A stretch of DNA of 64,000 nucleotides from Flaccisagitta enflata (Eukaryota). Within the stretch, counting starts at the first letter, position 1, and every line of letters starts with the position of its first letter. The notes beneath the pieces were generated by a model that searched no databases, had not been told where the DNA came from, and saw only the letters and a list, made by a program, of their open reading frames with translations. Position numbers and translations under genes: made by a program. Of this stretch, positions 32,935 to 46,557 are shown piece by piece. The stretch lies in assembly GCA_965153355.1 (NCBI GenBank), contig OZ231126.1, forward strand, positions 41,168,001 through 41,232,000, read 5' to 3'.

Positions 32935-33876
32935 CTCTCTCTCTTTTTTTTCTCTCTTTCTTTTTCTCTCTCCACAAAATTGCTTTTAAAAAATAGTTCA
33001 AAGGCGGCACTTCTCACTTCTTTTAGCCTCTTTGCTGCTCGTAAGGAGCCCTCGTGGGTCAGCCCGCCTCCTCTTACTGCGTTTTGAACAGTCATTTGTT
33101 ATGCTTATTATTTAAATCATTAACATGACTTTATCTTTCTTAATGGCATTATTATCCTGTTTCCGTTGTTATTTATATGATCTCGTAAACCTGTAACCTG
33201 TATCAAGCTATGTAATGCATTCTTGCGTATATTCAACTTGATAAGCTGGTTGGTTCACATTGTATCACTGTCTTTATATTTGTTGAATATAAAGCTCTAC
33301 TACTTAACCTTTTTTTGAATTATTCCATTAACATAATAGAAATCGTTTGATTTTTTTAGACAAAATAAAAAGGAATTTCATATGTTGTAATAGAAAAAAA
33401 ATATTTGCATTTTAAGAAATGTCTCTTTTGGCATTTGCTTTACAGATTTTTCAGAATCTAAAAGAATCTTCTTTTTTTCAGCTAATATTAGCCTTGACCT
33501 CATTAGAATAAATCTATTTATATCATAAATGTACCCAGAGCATCCTTTCTAAAAAAAACATCTTAAAGAAATATTGCTATTTTTTTGAAATTCTATATAT
33601 TTTGATAAATTGTAGGTTTTTTGAGGGAGCAATTTTTATATCTTTCTTTAAAACTGTTTCCTGCAAACAATTGTTGACAAGCAGATTCAGTATGTAAAAA
33701 ATATCCATGATATTTGTGAGTTTTAAATAGAGAGTAAAAAAAAAAAAATGATATCAATGCTAGGACATGAATGTTGATTTTATCAGCCATAACTTGAAAA
33801 TGTAGGCATGACTACATGGTAACTGTAACAGTTATGAATGACAGATATGAAGAGAGAAAGAGAGAGAAAAAGAGAA

Positions 33877-33934
<58 letters not shown>

Positions 33935-34135
33935 CCGAAAAACAGACGGAGGCAGACACACAGACAGACAGACAGAGAAAGAGAGAGAGAGGCACAGAGT
34001 AAGAGCAAAAAACAAAACAAAAGAAAGAAAAAAAAAGAAAGCAAGAACAAAAAAGAAAGAAAGAGCAAGAGAAAGAAAGAACAAGAGAAAAAAAGAAAGA
34101 AAACAAAAAAGATAAAGATCAAAATAAGAGAGGGT

Positions 34136-34233
<98 letters not shown>

Positions 34234-34495
34234 AAGAGAGAGAAAGAAAGAGAGAGAGAGAGAGAGAAAGAGAGAGAAAGAAAGAGAGAGAAAGATGAAC
34301 TTTATAAGGTGATGAAAAAAAAAGATAGAAAGATAGAACATCTAAATAATGAGAAAATAAATTATTGCATTACTCATATTCTGAATTGCAAGCAAAGAGC
34401 CAATTCTAAGTAACGCGCCTTAGAAAATTCTAAATAACGCGCTGTTCCCGGAAGAGGGAGAGGGAGGGGGAGGGAGAGAGAAAAAAAGAAGACAC

Positions 34496-34585
<90 letters not shown>

Positions 34586-34632
34586 ACAGAGACAGAGAGA
34601 AACAAAAAAAAGAAATAGAATAAGACATATCT

Positions 34633-34669
<37 letters not shown>

Positions 34670-37600
34670 TAACACATTAACACACACACACACACCAACA
34701 CACACTCACACACGCCAACACACACACACACACACCAACACAAACACACACACACACACACACACACACAGAGGCCCATGAATATAAAGACGAGAGAGAA
34801 GGAACTGAAAAAAAAAAAACAAAAACAATTTTACGATTTTTTTCCGGTCGGCGAGAGCCGCCTTTACTGGTATAAGTATGTGAGGGGGTTGAGGGGTGGG
34901 GCTTATGAGTCTTGGGGCTGTTGGATGCCCCTGCCCAACCATCTGCAACAATATTGTGACACCACATCACTTGTTCTTTAAAGAACGTCAACTTTGGAAG
35001 ACTTGCTCCAAAACGAATCAAGCTACAGACTTCAATTTAGGCTCATTTTAAAGAACTTTGTCTGCTCTTTAACATGAGCCCAAGTTGAGGTCAGTGGCTC
35101 AATTCATTTAGAAGGTACAGGTCTACAAAGAGAGGGGTAAATGCATCTTTTTTCTCAAACAAAGCATCAACTTTGGAAAACTTGCTCAATAGATTGAGCT
35201 ACAGACTTCAATTTAGGCTCATTTTAAAGAGCTTTGTCTGCTCTTTAAAATGAGCCCAAGATGAGGTCAGTAGCTCAATTTGTTTGGGAGCTATGAGCTT
35301 TAAAAGCAACCACTTGAAATAGGAATCATTAGAGAATGCACCATCTCTCAAATTAGGGGGGGGGGGGTGGCGGGTATGAGCAAAGTTTAACCAATCACCA
35401 TCAGATTTGGGAATTCTCATCTACGATGGAAATGGTCTTATTTTCTCCGCGGGCGTCATGAGGTTTGAAAATGGCACCACTTTAAGCCACCCTAGTGAGT
35501 ACTAATGTATACAAATTTGTGTGCGAAATTATTTCTTTTAAAAACCATTTTATTCAAAGCTCAAGGTGAGATGGAAAAAACATTAGCATGATACAAAAAC
35601 TGGTTGGTTTCTATTTAAGGCACCAATCATTGACAGCATAGTTTTTTCCTCAATTGTATTGTGATGAGTTTGCAGATGATAACAAATTAAAGAGATGGAT
35701 AGTTTTTCAATTTTTTCTTGTACATTTACAACCTCTGTATGCCATCTGAATTACGTTCACATTGCTCCTAAACAAACAAATGTCGAGAGGTCTCACCCAC
35801 ACAGACTCATTCTGTGATGGTATCATTGATATCGTTAGTGACTCATGCCTTTAAATAGAAAAAAAGGTTCCTTCAAAATTTCTTCTTAGAGTATAGTTTT
35901 TGGTCTATTTGACTATCTCTGTTCTTGATTGTTTTATCTGCTAGCTTACTTCAGTCTCTCTCTCTCTCTCTTTCTATGTCTGCCTGTCTGTCTGTCTCTT
36001 GTTCTGCCTGCCATCTTCTTCTTCTTCTAATTCCTCATTTCTTTTTTGTTTTGTTTTTTGTTTTTTTTTTTGTTTTTTTTTTTTTGAAAATGGAATTGAT
36101 GCGCACAATGAATAATCGAAGATATACAAGAGGATGATACAACAAGTCAAAGATGTTGTTGCCATAACTCATGTTGGGTAAAACACAGAGGTGCTGAGTA
36201 AAACTGGTAACAGGTACTGTTTCCTGGTCACCAAAGCAACCTCAGAATTGTGGATTTTTCTCCCTAGAAATTTGATTATGGGAAAAACTGTCCCGCCATG
36301 CGTGTATTAATGAGCATCACAGCAAGTAATGCAAAGAAAAAAAACAGCTTATGGATGAGAGAAAAACGGTGAAAAACCGAAAATCCTAATCACTGAATCA
36401 GTGATTTTTTGCAATCACTCCACCGTTTTTTCGGTTGGTGAATCACCGAATCTCAAGCCTAGTAGAGAGTGGAACAAACCAAAGATGCCCGGAGAAGAAA
36501 AAGGCAATCAACCAGACAAAACACAATCACAAAAATTCCAAAACACCTCGCACTCATTACTTTTTTCCTACGGCGAGAGCCGCCTTTATTGGTATTTTGG
36601 AATAAGATACTTACACTTTTAAGTTAGCTTGAGGACATGTCTGGAACAACTCTAGGACAACTAGGACTAGTCTTTCAATGCTCTGGGACATGTTAAGAAC
36701 AAGTAAGGCATTGGGAAAGGAGCACCTGAAGGTCATTAAATAATCAGAATCAGTTGGATTTTACAAAAAAGATACAATTTGTTCATTGACTTTAGGTGGC
36801 ATTTACTGTACTCCTACAATACAGATTTTTTTGCCCTTATTTTTCCGACCTCCTCCATAGTGTTGATGAACACCATGCAAAGTCTCATGACATGGTATTT
36901 TCATGAGGCTTCTTCCGAAGTCTTTCGAAGTGTGTAATATCTCCTAAACCAGACTTCAGATTTAATTCGAATTTTGCAGGGTTGTTTATTTGCTATGCTT
37001 AACTTGTAAACCAAATTAAAAAAAATTCATAAACTTTTACCACCCTTTGCCTATGTAAACTGCCTAAGTCCTAGTAATATATTACAAGATAAATAAGCTA
37101 ATATGACGCACTGAAAATTATCATCAAATTTGCTACCTGAGCTAGATGAATCATGAATTTTATAAAGAGGTGGGGTTAGTGCATGATGAAAAATTTTGCC
37201 TTGATGTTTTCAATCAAACTGTCAACATACATATTTTGCATAAAATAACTTGTATATGGCAGTATTAATCTCAAATACTTTGTTTTACAGCTGAAAAAAC
37301 AAGCAAAATAGAATAAAAAACTTGCTTTGTCAATGTACCATGGTCCATTGAAAATTTTAAATTTGCATAGAAAATCAAAATACCAACAAAACAAGAACAT
37401 AGCGCGATTCCTAACTCATTAACTGAGCGCGCTATGTTCTTGATTTGTTGATTTTTTGATTTCCAAGGCAAATTTAAAATTTTTAACGAGCAGTTGCTGA
37501 AATGATTGTTATCATTTTTCTTACTGTTTTGTCACATCAAAAGCAAGTTACCTTCGTTTTTTTTTGCATTTCAGTCATTTGACAGCAACAGATTTGTGTC

Positions 37601-40142
37601 CTTACATATGTATGCATATCTAATTTTTGAGATAATAACATAATCATGAATCGAAGCAAAAATGGTAAAGCGATTGGTAACTTTGTCCTCCGGGTAAACT
37701 CTTCCTGATTTACATTCACTGTGTCATATCTTGTAAACCAGGCTTCAGATTTAATTCGAATTTTACATGGGTGGTTTTTACCACCCTCTACTTGTATACC
37801 AAATTAGAAAAAAAAATCACATACTTTTACTACCCTCTACCTATGTAAACACCTAAGTCCCAGCTAAATATTACTACAAAAATAATAGGCAAAGGGTAGT
37901 AAAAGCTTAGAATTTTTCTTGAAAATTGATACACAAGCTCCTATTGACATAAAAATAACACTAGTAAAGTTTCATGAACTTCTGAAGTCTGGATCAAAAG
38001 TTAGAGAAGGTTTTACACAGACACACAGACAGACTAGCTCAAACAGGTTATCTCATAGTCCGACGAAAACTGTTCGTCGGGGACAAAAATGAAAAAAATT
38101 TTCAAAATCATAATTTTTAAATTATGTGACAGATTATCTGTTTAATGAAGATTTTTGCAAAAGTTGATTTCTTGGTCCCAAAATGAAATGGCGGCAAAAC
38201 TTTGTTCATGCATGACAATCAGAAATATGCCACCCTCAGTCCTATGTAATCCCAAGCAGTGATGCAAAGACTATTTTAGGCATTGGGCAAGGATAGTGAT
38301 GCAAAATCCTTGCCCCAGTGCATAGCCACTGGTTGGGATTGTGAAACCAATTGTCAGATGGATGGAAAGACAGGCAGATAGATTGAAAGACACACAGACA
38401 AATGGACCTACTGACTGAAAGACTGATGAAGGTAATTGCCAAAAAAAACTCTTTGATCTGAGACCTATCTGGTAACTGTAGCTCAAGTCATTTAGAAATG
38501 AGAGCATTATGGAAATAAAAGTGCTGATAATCAATTTTTTCAGTCAAAACCATGAATACATGTAGTACTTCAAATTAGCGCTACGGACAAACTAGTTGAT
38601 TTGGACCCTTGAAATTTTTATACAAAAAACAAACAATATGCTTAAAGTAAAAAAGTTGAAAAAAACTGAGAAATTACCATGAGAGGCACACCCTCTATTT
38701 AGAATAAGTCAACCGTAATTGAAGACCCTGTATGGTATGGTTTTTCACAACTGCCATCAATGATTGTTTTGATGATTATTCTATCATTGGGAATGTGATT
38801 AGTCTTATGATTGGGATATGACAACTTGAATCTCAAAATTTGAGGTCAACTAACAGTGAAATCGCCGTAAAACAAGCGCAGGCTTCTAGAGTCGTTTACT
38901 GTGAACTGATCCGAAAAGGGAAAGCGACCGAGCGAATTTATAAACTTTTCTTTTCTTATTGCCTAGATAGAAGAGCGGAACAAAATTTAACCGCTAGCTC
39001 CAAGCTATTTTATCTTAACTTCATGGAACTGGAAAGATGAAAGGTAGCCTGATATTTTCTCACGAAAGCGGCTATACTCTTATCAGTTTGTCCTCTACTA
39101 TTTTTTATGCAATTACGCCCAAAGTAATTACATGATCGCCGTACAACATACTCTAGATTTGTCCAGAGGTTGGATGGTTGTTCATGCCAAATTTCAGAAA
39201 ATTTCGTGGAATATTTTTTTAGCTACGCTAATTTGAAATTTTTGGGTAAGTAGACAGGTTCGGGTGGTTGCACAACCTGAAATATTCTGAAACTTCACAC
39301 ATCAGTAAACAAGGTCATATGATGTTACCATAAAAAAAAAAATCAAGTCAATCGGTCAATCCATTCAGGAGATCAGCTTTCAAAGTTTGCTTAAACAAGT
39401 GACGCGGGGTCACAATATCGCTATGACGGGTGGGCAGGGGCATCCAAGTTTCATCTACATCCCAACCCACCTCCAACACTCATACATACACAAAAGTATC
39501 GAAAACGCTCGTTTTCACTTATCACCATAATGGACTGACTCGAGTGTGACCGACCAACCGACGGACGGACAAAGCCTCTTATAGAGTTGCGTGTCCGCAA
39601 CTAAAAAGGTCACGACGATTTTCGCCACTAAAGAGAAAAATGTCACAATCACGTTCGTTTTCAGACTTCGTATTTCACGCTTGAGCGCTCATGAAATAAT
39701 CAACTATGTTTCTTATTTTGATCATTACATCCAAAATGTTATAAGTATTGCAAAAATAAGTAGAACAGAGGAAAGCTTAAACACTAGGCTTTCTAATGTT
39801 GTAAAATTTGATTGTAATATTTTTAAAAATAGTACGCGATTACTCCCTTCCAGCCAGCCACCTTAAAAAGTTGAATCGGTAAATTCCTCTAGACAGGCGA
39901 AGACGAGCGATTCAGATTCAAATGAAGAATTCACTTAATGACAACCGGGTTTGTTTTGATCCTGGGCCAGGAAAACAAATGCCTTTAGACTGAGATGTTG
40001 ATGGAATATTCAGTCATGCCTGAACAAATAGCAACTAGCCTTTGGGATAAGTTTCCCAAAAATGAAAAAAATTGAGATCTAGTAAATAAAATTAAGTTAT
40101 TATTTAGATGCAGCGATGTTGCAAAGGAAAGGACTGAAAAAT

Positions 40143-40705
40143 AGCAGCCCAAAGGCAGTAAGTGGTCAGTGGTACCCGTGCCCTGCTTGAGCAATATGTG
40201 ATTAAAATTAAGGAACAGGCAGAATCTCCAAACAAAATCCTGTTGATTCATTCCCCCTCCCCCATCCTCAAATCTAAATTCTGCTAAATAGCCCAAATCC
40301 AAATGTAATGACCCAAATCCAAGCAAGTTAGCTCAAATCTGGTTGGAGGGCTTTGCTAAGGCTAAAAGAGGCCAGGTTTGAGGCCATGAGGCCTGACAGG
40401 CCAGATTTGAAGCCCGACACTAGATTTGAGGCCTGAGGCCAGATTTGAGGCCAAGTTTGAGGCTTGAGAGGCCAAATTTAAAGCCCAAAAAGCCTGATAT
40501 GGCTAATCTAAAGCGTGCGAGGCCAGACAGGCCTGATGAGGCTGGATTTAAGGCTTGAGAGGCCAGATTTAAGAACGGTCAGGCCAGATTTTAAGCCTGA
40601 GAGGCAGAATTCAAAGCCTGAGAAACCCGATAAGAAGGGTACGGATGAACGAACAAACATCCGTGTTCTACAGGACTTCGTCCCCTTCGGGGCCGCTGCC
40701 CAAAA
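40143..40705 (-). mobile_element. Family B element
   Basis: Reverse-complement tail at 40143-40190, arrays, and terminal GGGGCCGCTGCCCAAAAA. Confidence 0.7.
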
Positions 40706-41091
40706 AGGAAATCACTTCTTAACCCAGATTTTTTCTTTGAAATATTTTCTTTTATTACAACCCATGAAATATTACTAAAAGGTCAAATAAAATTCCTGAC
40801 TAGATTAGTGCCAAACATGATTTACAATAAGGAGAGGTTTGAGGAATGTGTTCCAACACACAATAGCTGACAATAATGGAAAGGTTTAGTGGATCTTTGC
40901 TCATGATGGTCCGGATGAAACATCAATCTGAGCTGCCAAGGCTACCCCATATTCCTGTATTCTAATTTTTGGTTAGGTACAATAAAAACATTCATCCAGA
41001 AATAAAATGTATTAAAATTTAAAAATGCGACGCGATACAATACTTCATATATGAAGCGATAAAAACGAGTTTCAACACCGAAATCCAGATA

Positions 41092-43957
41092 TTAAAGACA
41101 AGTTGCAGGAAGAGGTCGGCATTTGCGCATCTTGTCGGAGCAGGTCTTCTCCATGTAATTCCAAGATTGTCCAACAACCGGACACGGCTTTGACTCGAAG
41201 GTGCCATCATCTTGACAGACGAGAAAGTTGTGTTTCAGATAAGGATCGCAAGCGTAGGCAGAAGATGAGCCGGAAGTGGAGAGCTTCAGCGCCATCTTGC
41301 AAGCGCATTGACGCTTGGTCACGCCGACGACTACCGGAGTGTCGACGGGGGTTGGAACTGATAATCGGATACAACGCATGAATAATTTAAACAAGGGATA
41401 CAACGCATGAATTATTATCATGCACGCGGTTTAACAGTAAAACAGTTCTAACCCAACCAGCACAAACCTTTCTCTCTGTAGAGGGCGCATTTAGAATCGG
41501 TGAGAGCTGACAACGCCATGGCAAACTTAGTGCCAGGGATCTTTGTTCCGTCGGCATAAACGCACCAGCAAAATCCAACGCCGCATTGAAGGGGTTTGAC
41601 GCCTTGGTAAGGAGCTGAAAAAGAAAAGTTTAGTTATAAGAACTAACCGAAAAACATCGGGTATTCGAAGAAAGACGTCTTTTGTTTATAAGTCTTTCAG
41701 CAGTTTGATTTAGGGGTGGGGGGTTTGGGCTAGGGTGGACTATCTTTTACATGTAAGTCCGAATTAAAGCTTTTTTCTGACGTCAAAAATTTGAACTTGG
41801 CCAAACATTTAACCATACCCAACAGTAACTCCACTTACCTTCGTTCCTTAACAGAGCGCATTTGGCATCAGTAAGAGATGAGGAGGCCGTTTCACACTTG
41901 GTGTTGGGGATCTCTGTTCCGTCAGCATAAACGCACCAACAAAATCCAGCGGCGCATTGAAGGGGTTTGACGCCTTCATAGATGGGAGTGGGAACTGAAG
42001 AGAAAATTCACTAAGTATCAATGCATCGCTAACCGTCAGGAACTCGGGTGTGTCAATATGCAAAACATTAATCCCTGAGAGTATAACGCTAGGGCATCAT
42101 GGGGTTACCCATTTAAATGCCTCCAGCCTCCACCATTTTTTTTCAAATTTCGATCATCTTCCGTTTTTTCTAAAATCCATTTTGCCCCTAATTTGCATGA
42201 CGTTGTAATCATGTTTTCGACTTTTCATCCTTTGCCTTGTACAGTGGAGCATTCGGATTACTTTTAAATGCTGCTATCGTCTTTAAAGCTTCACAGAAAA
42301 GTGCCTAGGTTAATCATATCAATTTCACTGAAATAGTAAAATGGTCTTTTTTGGTTAATGAATTTGTCTCTTGGCTTAACGAGAGGCAGACATTGCATTA
42401 AATTTCGATCATAAAAACGGTCACGATTGAATTGGAAAAAAGAAAACGGTGATTGTTTTAAAATCAACAAATTTATCTTGCGTCAGCGTTATGGTCTCAA
42501 ATTCAGTCATCACCCGTATTTGACACACCTGAGTCAGGAACTGACTAACGCACAAGTTAATAGAATGGGAAATGAAATGTTTTTTAAAGTAAACATGCAG
42601 CTCCAAACGCATTATATACTCACCTTTCAACTTAAAGACGGCGCATTGAGCTTTCATAAATGCCAATACCAAATGGGACTTGTCCAATTTGGTATTGGCA
42701 ATCTTGGTTCCGTCCGCGTAGACGCACCAACAAAAGCCGGCGCCGCATTGAAGGGGATCGAACTCTCCATTGATATCGCAAGATGGCGCGAAACCGCCCA
42801 GACCCAGGGCAGACTCGCGTTGACGCTGGCATTCGGTCTTGACTGAAGGTAAGGACACTTGTTACAAGGATCCATTTTAATGAACGCATAGCCAAAAACG
42901 CAGTTCTGACATGAACACTCCACAGCTGGAAAAAAGATTCTTTTAGATTACCCAGTCTACGACCTAGGGCCCTCGCGAGTATCAACCTACCTGGAGTAGG
43001 TTGACCCAGCCAGTTGGGACACGGCTTGTTAGTCTTGCACTTATCCGCCGGGACGCAAGTCTTCTCCCACATCTGGTTGGCGCCGTGATAGAACTGCTTT
43101 CCGGGAGGACACTGACGCTTCTCTCCGGTGAATACGCTGTTATTCAACTCGCAGTCGAGATAAAAGGACGGATCGTCGACGCAAACTTTGTCACTCCAAC
43201 ATTGCCCAGCAGGATACATGGATTTATCTAAGGAGGCAGAAGTAAAGGAAATAAGATTAAAGAACCATTCAAGGGATGCAGTAAGCAAATTAAAGAAAAA
43301 AACCATAAAAGCTACAGACGGGACCCTAATAAGAGCGGAGGAGGGACCCAAAGCTTTAGCATCACCCCCTAGCGAAATGGCTCAAGGATTTTCCTTTCTT
43401 GCTGTATGATTTTTTGTCAGAGTAGAGGCTGTGAGTAATCCGAGAACACCTATTGAAAGCTTTGGCTTTCATCCTTTGTTAATTGGAGAATTCTGGCCTC
43501 CTTTTATAAGGGCAATGTTGTTTCAACTTTCATACTGTAGGAGGATATAAGTTGCGCCACCATAGCGATTTTCGAATTTATCTAGAACACCCTTAGATTA
43601 CGTAAAATCACCCTCTGAGCCCCAATATAAAATTCAACAATTTTTCAATTTTTCATCAAATTTGACAATTTAAAGGTGTTTTAGGTGGAGATTTAAAAAT
43701 CGCCACGGTGGCGCCACTTTTATCCATCCAGGGTGTGATCCGCCACAGCAAATGAAAAATTTGCTTGAGCCATTTAAGCTCTAGGGTTGATGCTAAAACT
43801 CTTATTAGGGTCCAGTCTGTAATCAAAACTCACCCAATCCACTGGCTTTGAAGTAAGCTTCGCAAACCTTGCCTTCCCAACCGTCAATCAGCGTGAGCGA
43901 AGAGCCCAAATAGGCGAAGGTCGCCAATGTTAAGACGATCGCGAGTGAATACGCCAT
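41092..43957 (-). CDS. Secreted Cys-rich multidomain protein: signal peptide, chitin-binding type-2 (peritrophin-A)-like, antistasin-like motif, thyroglobulin type-1 domain, two half TY domains, second chitin-binding-like domain
   Basis: Coding exons (minus): 43957-43834 (ATG, MAYSLAIVLTLATFAYLGSS signal peptide), 43227-42991, 42925 or 42842 to 42624, 41994-41839, 41614-41468, 41357-41092 (TAA). All introns are GT-AG and phase 1. QC-x3-FCWCVYADG occurs three times. Using the 42925 acceptor gives a frameshift near 42855. Confidence 0.85.
43533..43737. mobile_element. Short degenerate MITE in a TY-gene intron
   Basis: Inverted repeat GGATATAAGTTGCGCCACCATAGCGATTTT / AAAATCGCCACGGTGGCGCCACTTTTATCC. 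Confidence 0.6.
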
Positions 43958-44057
43958 CACGCGGCTTATCGGAAGAGCACGTCGGGAAAAATAGCGAAGC
44001 CTGGAACAATATATATTTATGCTTATGAGGGATAAGACATTTGTCTTATTCTTAATA

Positions 44058-44481
44058 CACGCTTTTCATTTTATAAGAACATTGATTTTTGAAGTGAGCC
44101 TCAGCGTTCTTATTTTTAGCCCGATTTTGAGGCTCAAACAATCTTCATGTTCTTATTTTTAAATAAGATAATTTCTTAGAAATGATATGTTTATATCACT
44201 ATAATAATATGATTTAGGCAATTGTTAAAAAAAAACATTTTTATCATATAAATAGAAATGTAAGTTTGATATTTGATGAATATTAAATTATCATTTCAAA
44301 AATCATTATCAAAATATCAATCATTAAAGGTTTTTCATCTAATTTTACCAGTTTTTAAAAAAAATATTATTCTTTTTTTCAAATCTGAGGCTCAGCATGT
44401 TCTTAAGATGTTCTTATTTTTTGGCCACAAATCTGAGGCTGATGTTCTTATAAACAGTGTTCTTATAAAAAGAAAAGCGTG
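44058..44481. mobile_element. MITE with TA TSD, upstream of the first coding exon of the TY-domain gene
   Basis: TIR CACGCTTTTCATTTTATAAGAACA / TGTTCTTATAAAAAGAAAAGCGTG, with TA at 44056-44057 and 44482-44483. Confidence 0.85.
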
Positions 44482-44639
44482 TATTGGGCAAGCGAACAAA
44501 CCGCGAACGGTGTGATCGCAACAAACGAAATCGACAGACGGAGTAAAAGACGCGATTAAATTAGACACTAACTAAATACTGCAATCTCAAAGTCGCTGAC
44601 GACTGCTCAATTTAAACAAAGCCAGTACACCCTTGATTC

Positions 44640-44900
44640 ATTTCGCACCACGCCAGTTAATAAATTGTCGAGATACGAGATGGGCGGTGGAATTTATGCG
44701 AATGGAGGTGGTCAAAGGTTGGGGAAGATATATCTCCAAGAAACCAATCAATGTTCTTTAAATCGGAAACCGGCGTTTCTATTGGTTCAAATCGGAGAAC
44801 TGCGAGAGAGTAAGCGGTAGAAAGCCGAACATCTAAAGAATATCGGTTTGGCAATGAGGGAGGGAGAGACACAGATACTGGTCGTGTGTGGTGGTGTATG
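44640..44900. promoter_or_regulatory. Candidate promoter of the TY-domain gene, possibly bidirectional
   Basis: GC box GGGCGG at 44682-44687; opposed CCAAT boxes at 44744-44748 (+) and 44781-44785 (-); CpG-containing unique sequence upstream of the minus-strand gene. Confidence 0.4.
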
Positions 44901-46507
44901 TAGGCATTGAAGGGCCATGAATACCGGTTTTACATGGTTCTAGCTTTAATCTTGACAAATTTGGAAAGGGTTTCTGGGGCGTCCTGCAGTTCCTGGGTTA
45001 TTCATAATTTCATACGCACATGATTAGTATCCCGCGTTACAGCAATAACGTGAAAGTTACAATGCCAACTCGATATGCTATGAGGCCTTTGACCCTTTCT
45101 GATGATGTTAGAAGAAAGAAAAACTAATATTTTTACCGAATAGCAAATGAACTATTTAGTTAAAGTTGACAGGTCAGATGCTGATTTTTGCTCGAATTTT
45201 TGCGCCATTTTGCGCGATCATTGGATTTATGATAAAAATCTATGATGTCATTCCTTCGTTTTAAGGGCATCCATGACAATATTTGTTGCAATGAGGGGAA
45301 GAAGGATTATCATACCAAGACATAAGAAGGATTATCATACCAAGACATAACGGAAGAGATGGTTGAAAATTACATTTTTCACATGCCAAAAAGTCAAAAT
45401 TAGGGAAAACCACAATATGCAAATGAGCTTATTAAGCGGACCTTAAAAGCAACACTAGTAACCGATCTAAAAAAAAAAGAATGGGCAATGTAAACAAAAA
45501 GAGCCATTAAAACTAGAGTAGAAGTTGCTGTCCAATGGTTTTCTCAGTTGTCTTCGCGTTGTCCTGGTATTGTCCTTAAATTGTCCTGACCTTGTCCTTA
45601 AGCTCTCCATGTGCTAGGTGACTCAATAGTGCATAAGATTCATCATTTGGTCATTCAACTGTCTAAGTTAACCCAGTTGTACTTGAGGTAATCTGGAATT
45701 GTTGGACAATTGTTTTAGTTGTCCAAGAGTTGTCCTAAATTTGTCCATGAACTGTCCTGAAATTGTCCAAGAACTGTCCTGACATATCCCATACGCAAAA
45801 CTCCTTCTCACGGACTCAATATTGCGTAAGTTCTAAGTCTTAATTCGAATGCATGTGATTCAATAGGTTGCTGGATTTTTGGACGACTACCCAGTTGTCC
45901 AAGAATTGTCTTTTAATTGTCCTTAAACACTAAACAGTCCTGATTCATGGGAACTCATTATTGCGAGAGGTCAATTTGAAACTATTATGCAGGATGAACG
46001 TCACTCTTAAGGTTATAGAAAAGAGTAAATTGTTATCCATATATTCATATGTCTTGAAGGCTTCAGAAATGATGGTTTTGTTTTGAAAAAAAAATATTAA
46101 TTCAACTGGATCATTTAACGTTCCCCAGTTTGCTATTCATTAATTAGTACAGCGTAAAGTTTTTTTGAAAACTCGCCTTTATTAGAATTAGGGCTTTGTT
46201 GCAATGAATGGGCATGAGCGTATGAGAAATACAGCATCTTCCCCCCCAGCATCTGCCCCCCTCCCCAGAGAATTAATGAAGAAAAAAATCAATGTGGGTG
46301 AAGATTCACATATCAAAAGTTCCTTAGGCCTCACCACCACCACTACACAATCGAACAAGAGTGATGCCACCTATTCTATCAGGCATCAGCTATTTGGCCC
46401 GTTTACAAAGATACACATGTCTGTGGCAGGAAAATGCGTGGAACTGTGGTACAACTGGATCTGAGCTATTGAGGTTTGTTCATTTCTTAGTCAAAGTCAT
46501 CTCTGTC

Positions 46508-46557
<50 letters not shown>

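Larger units (their letters stand above)
29935..35494 (+). mobile_element. hAT (hATm-like) DNA transposon, 5.56 kb, long TIRs, decayed transposase
   Basis: Termini TAGGGTGGCTTAAAGTGGTG and CACCACTTTAAGCCACCCTA. Perfect 8-bp TSD GTGAGTAC at 29927-29934 and 35495-35502. Imperfect inverted arms of about 500 bp carry repeated palindromes (GGGCTCATTTTAAA...TTTAAAATGAGCCC). Confidence 0.9.
29737..36461. mobile_element. Outer non-autonomous hAT-like element hosting the hATm-like insertion
   Basis: Short imperfect TIR TAGAGATGAGA / TCTCAAGCCTA. Perfect 8-bp TSD GTAGAGAG at 29729-29736 and 36462-36469. ATCACC/CACCGTTTTT subterminal motifs occur at both ends. Confidence 0.75.

Noticed and set aside
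42632..43351. 239-aa ORF as a single-exon gene
   Set aside because: Only 43227-42991 is exon; the rest reads through introns and an off-frame exon.
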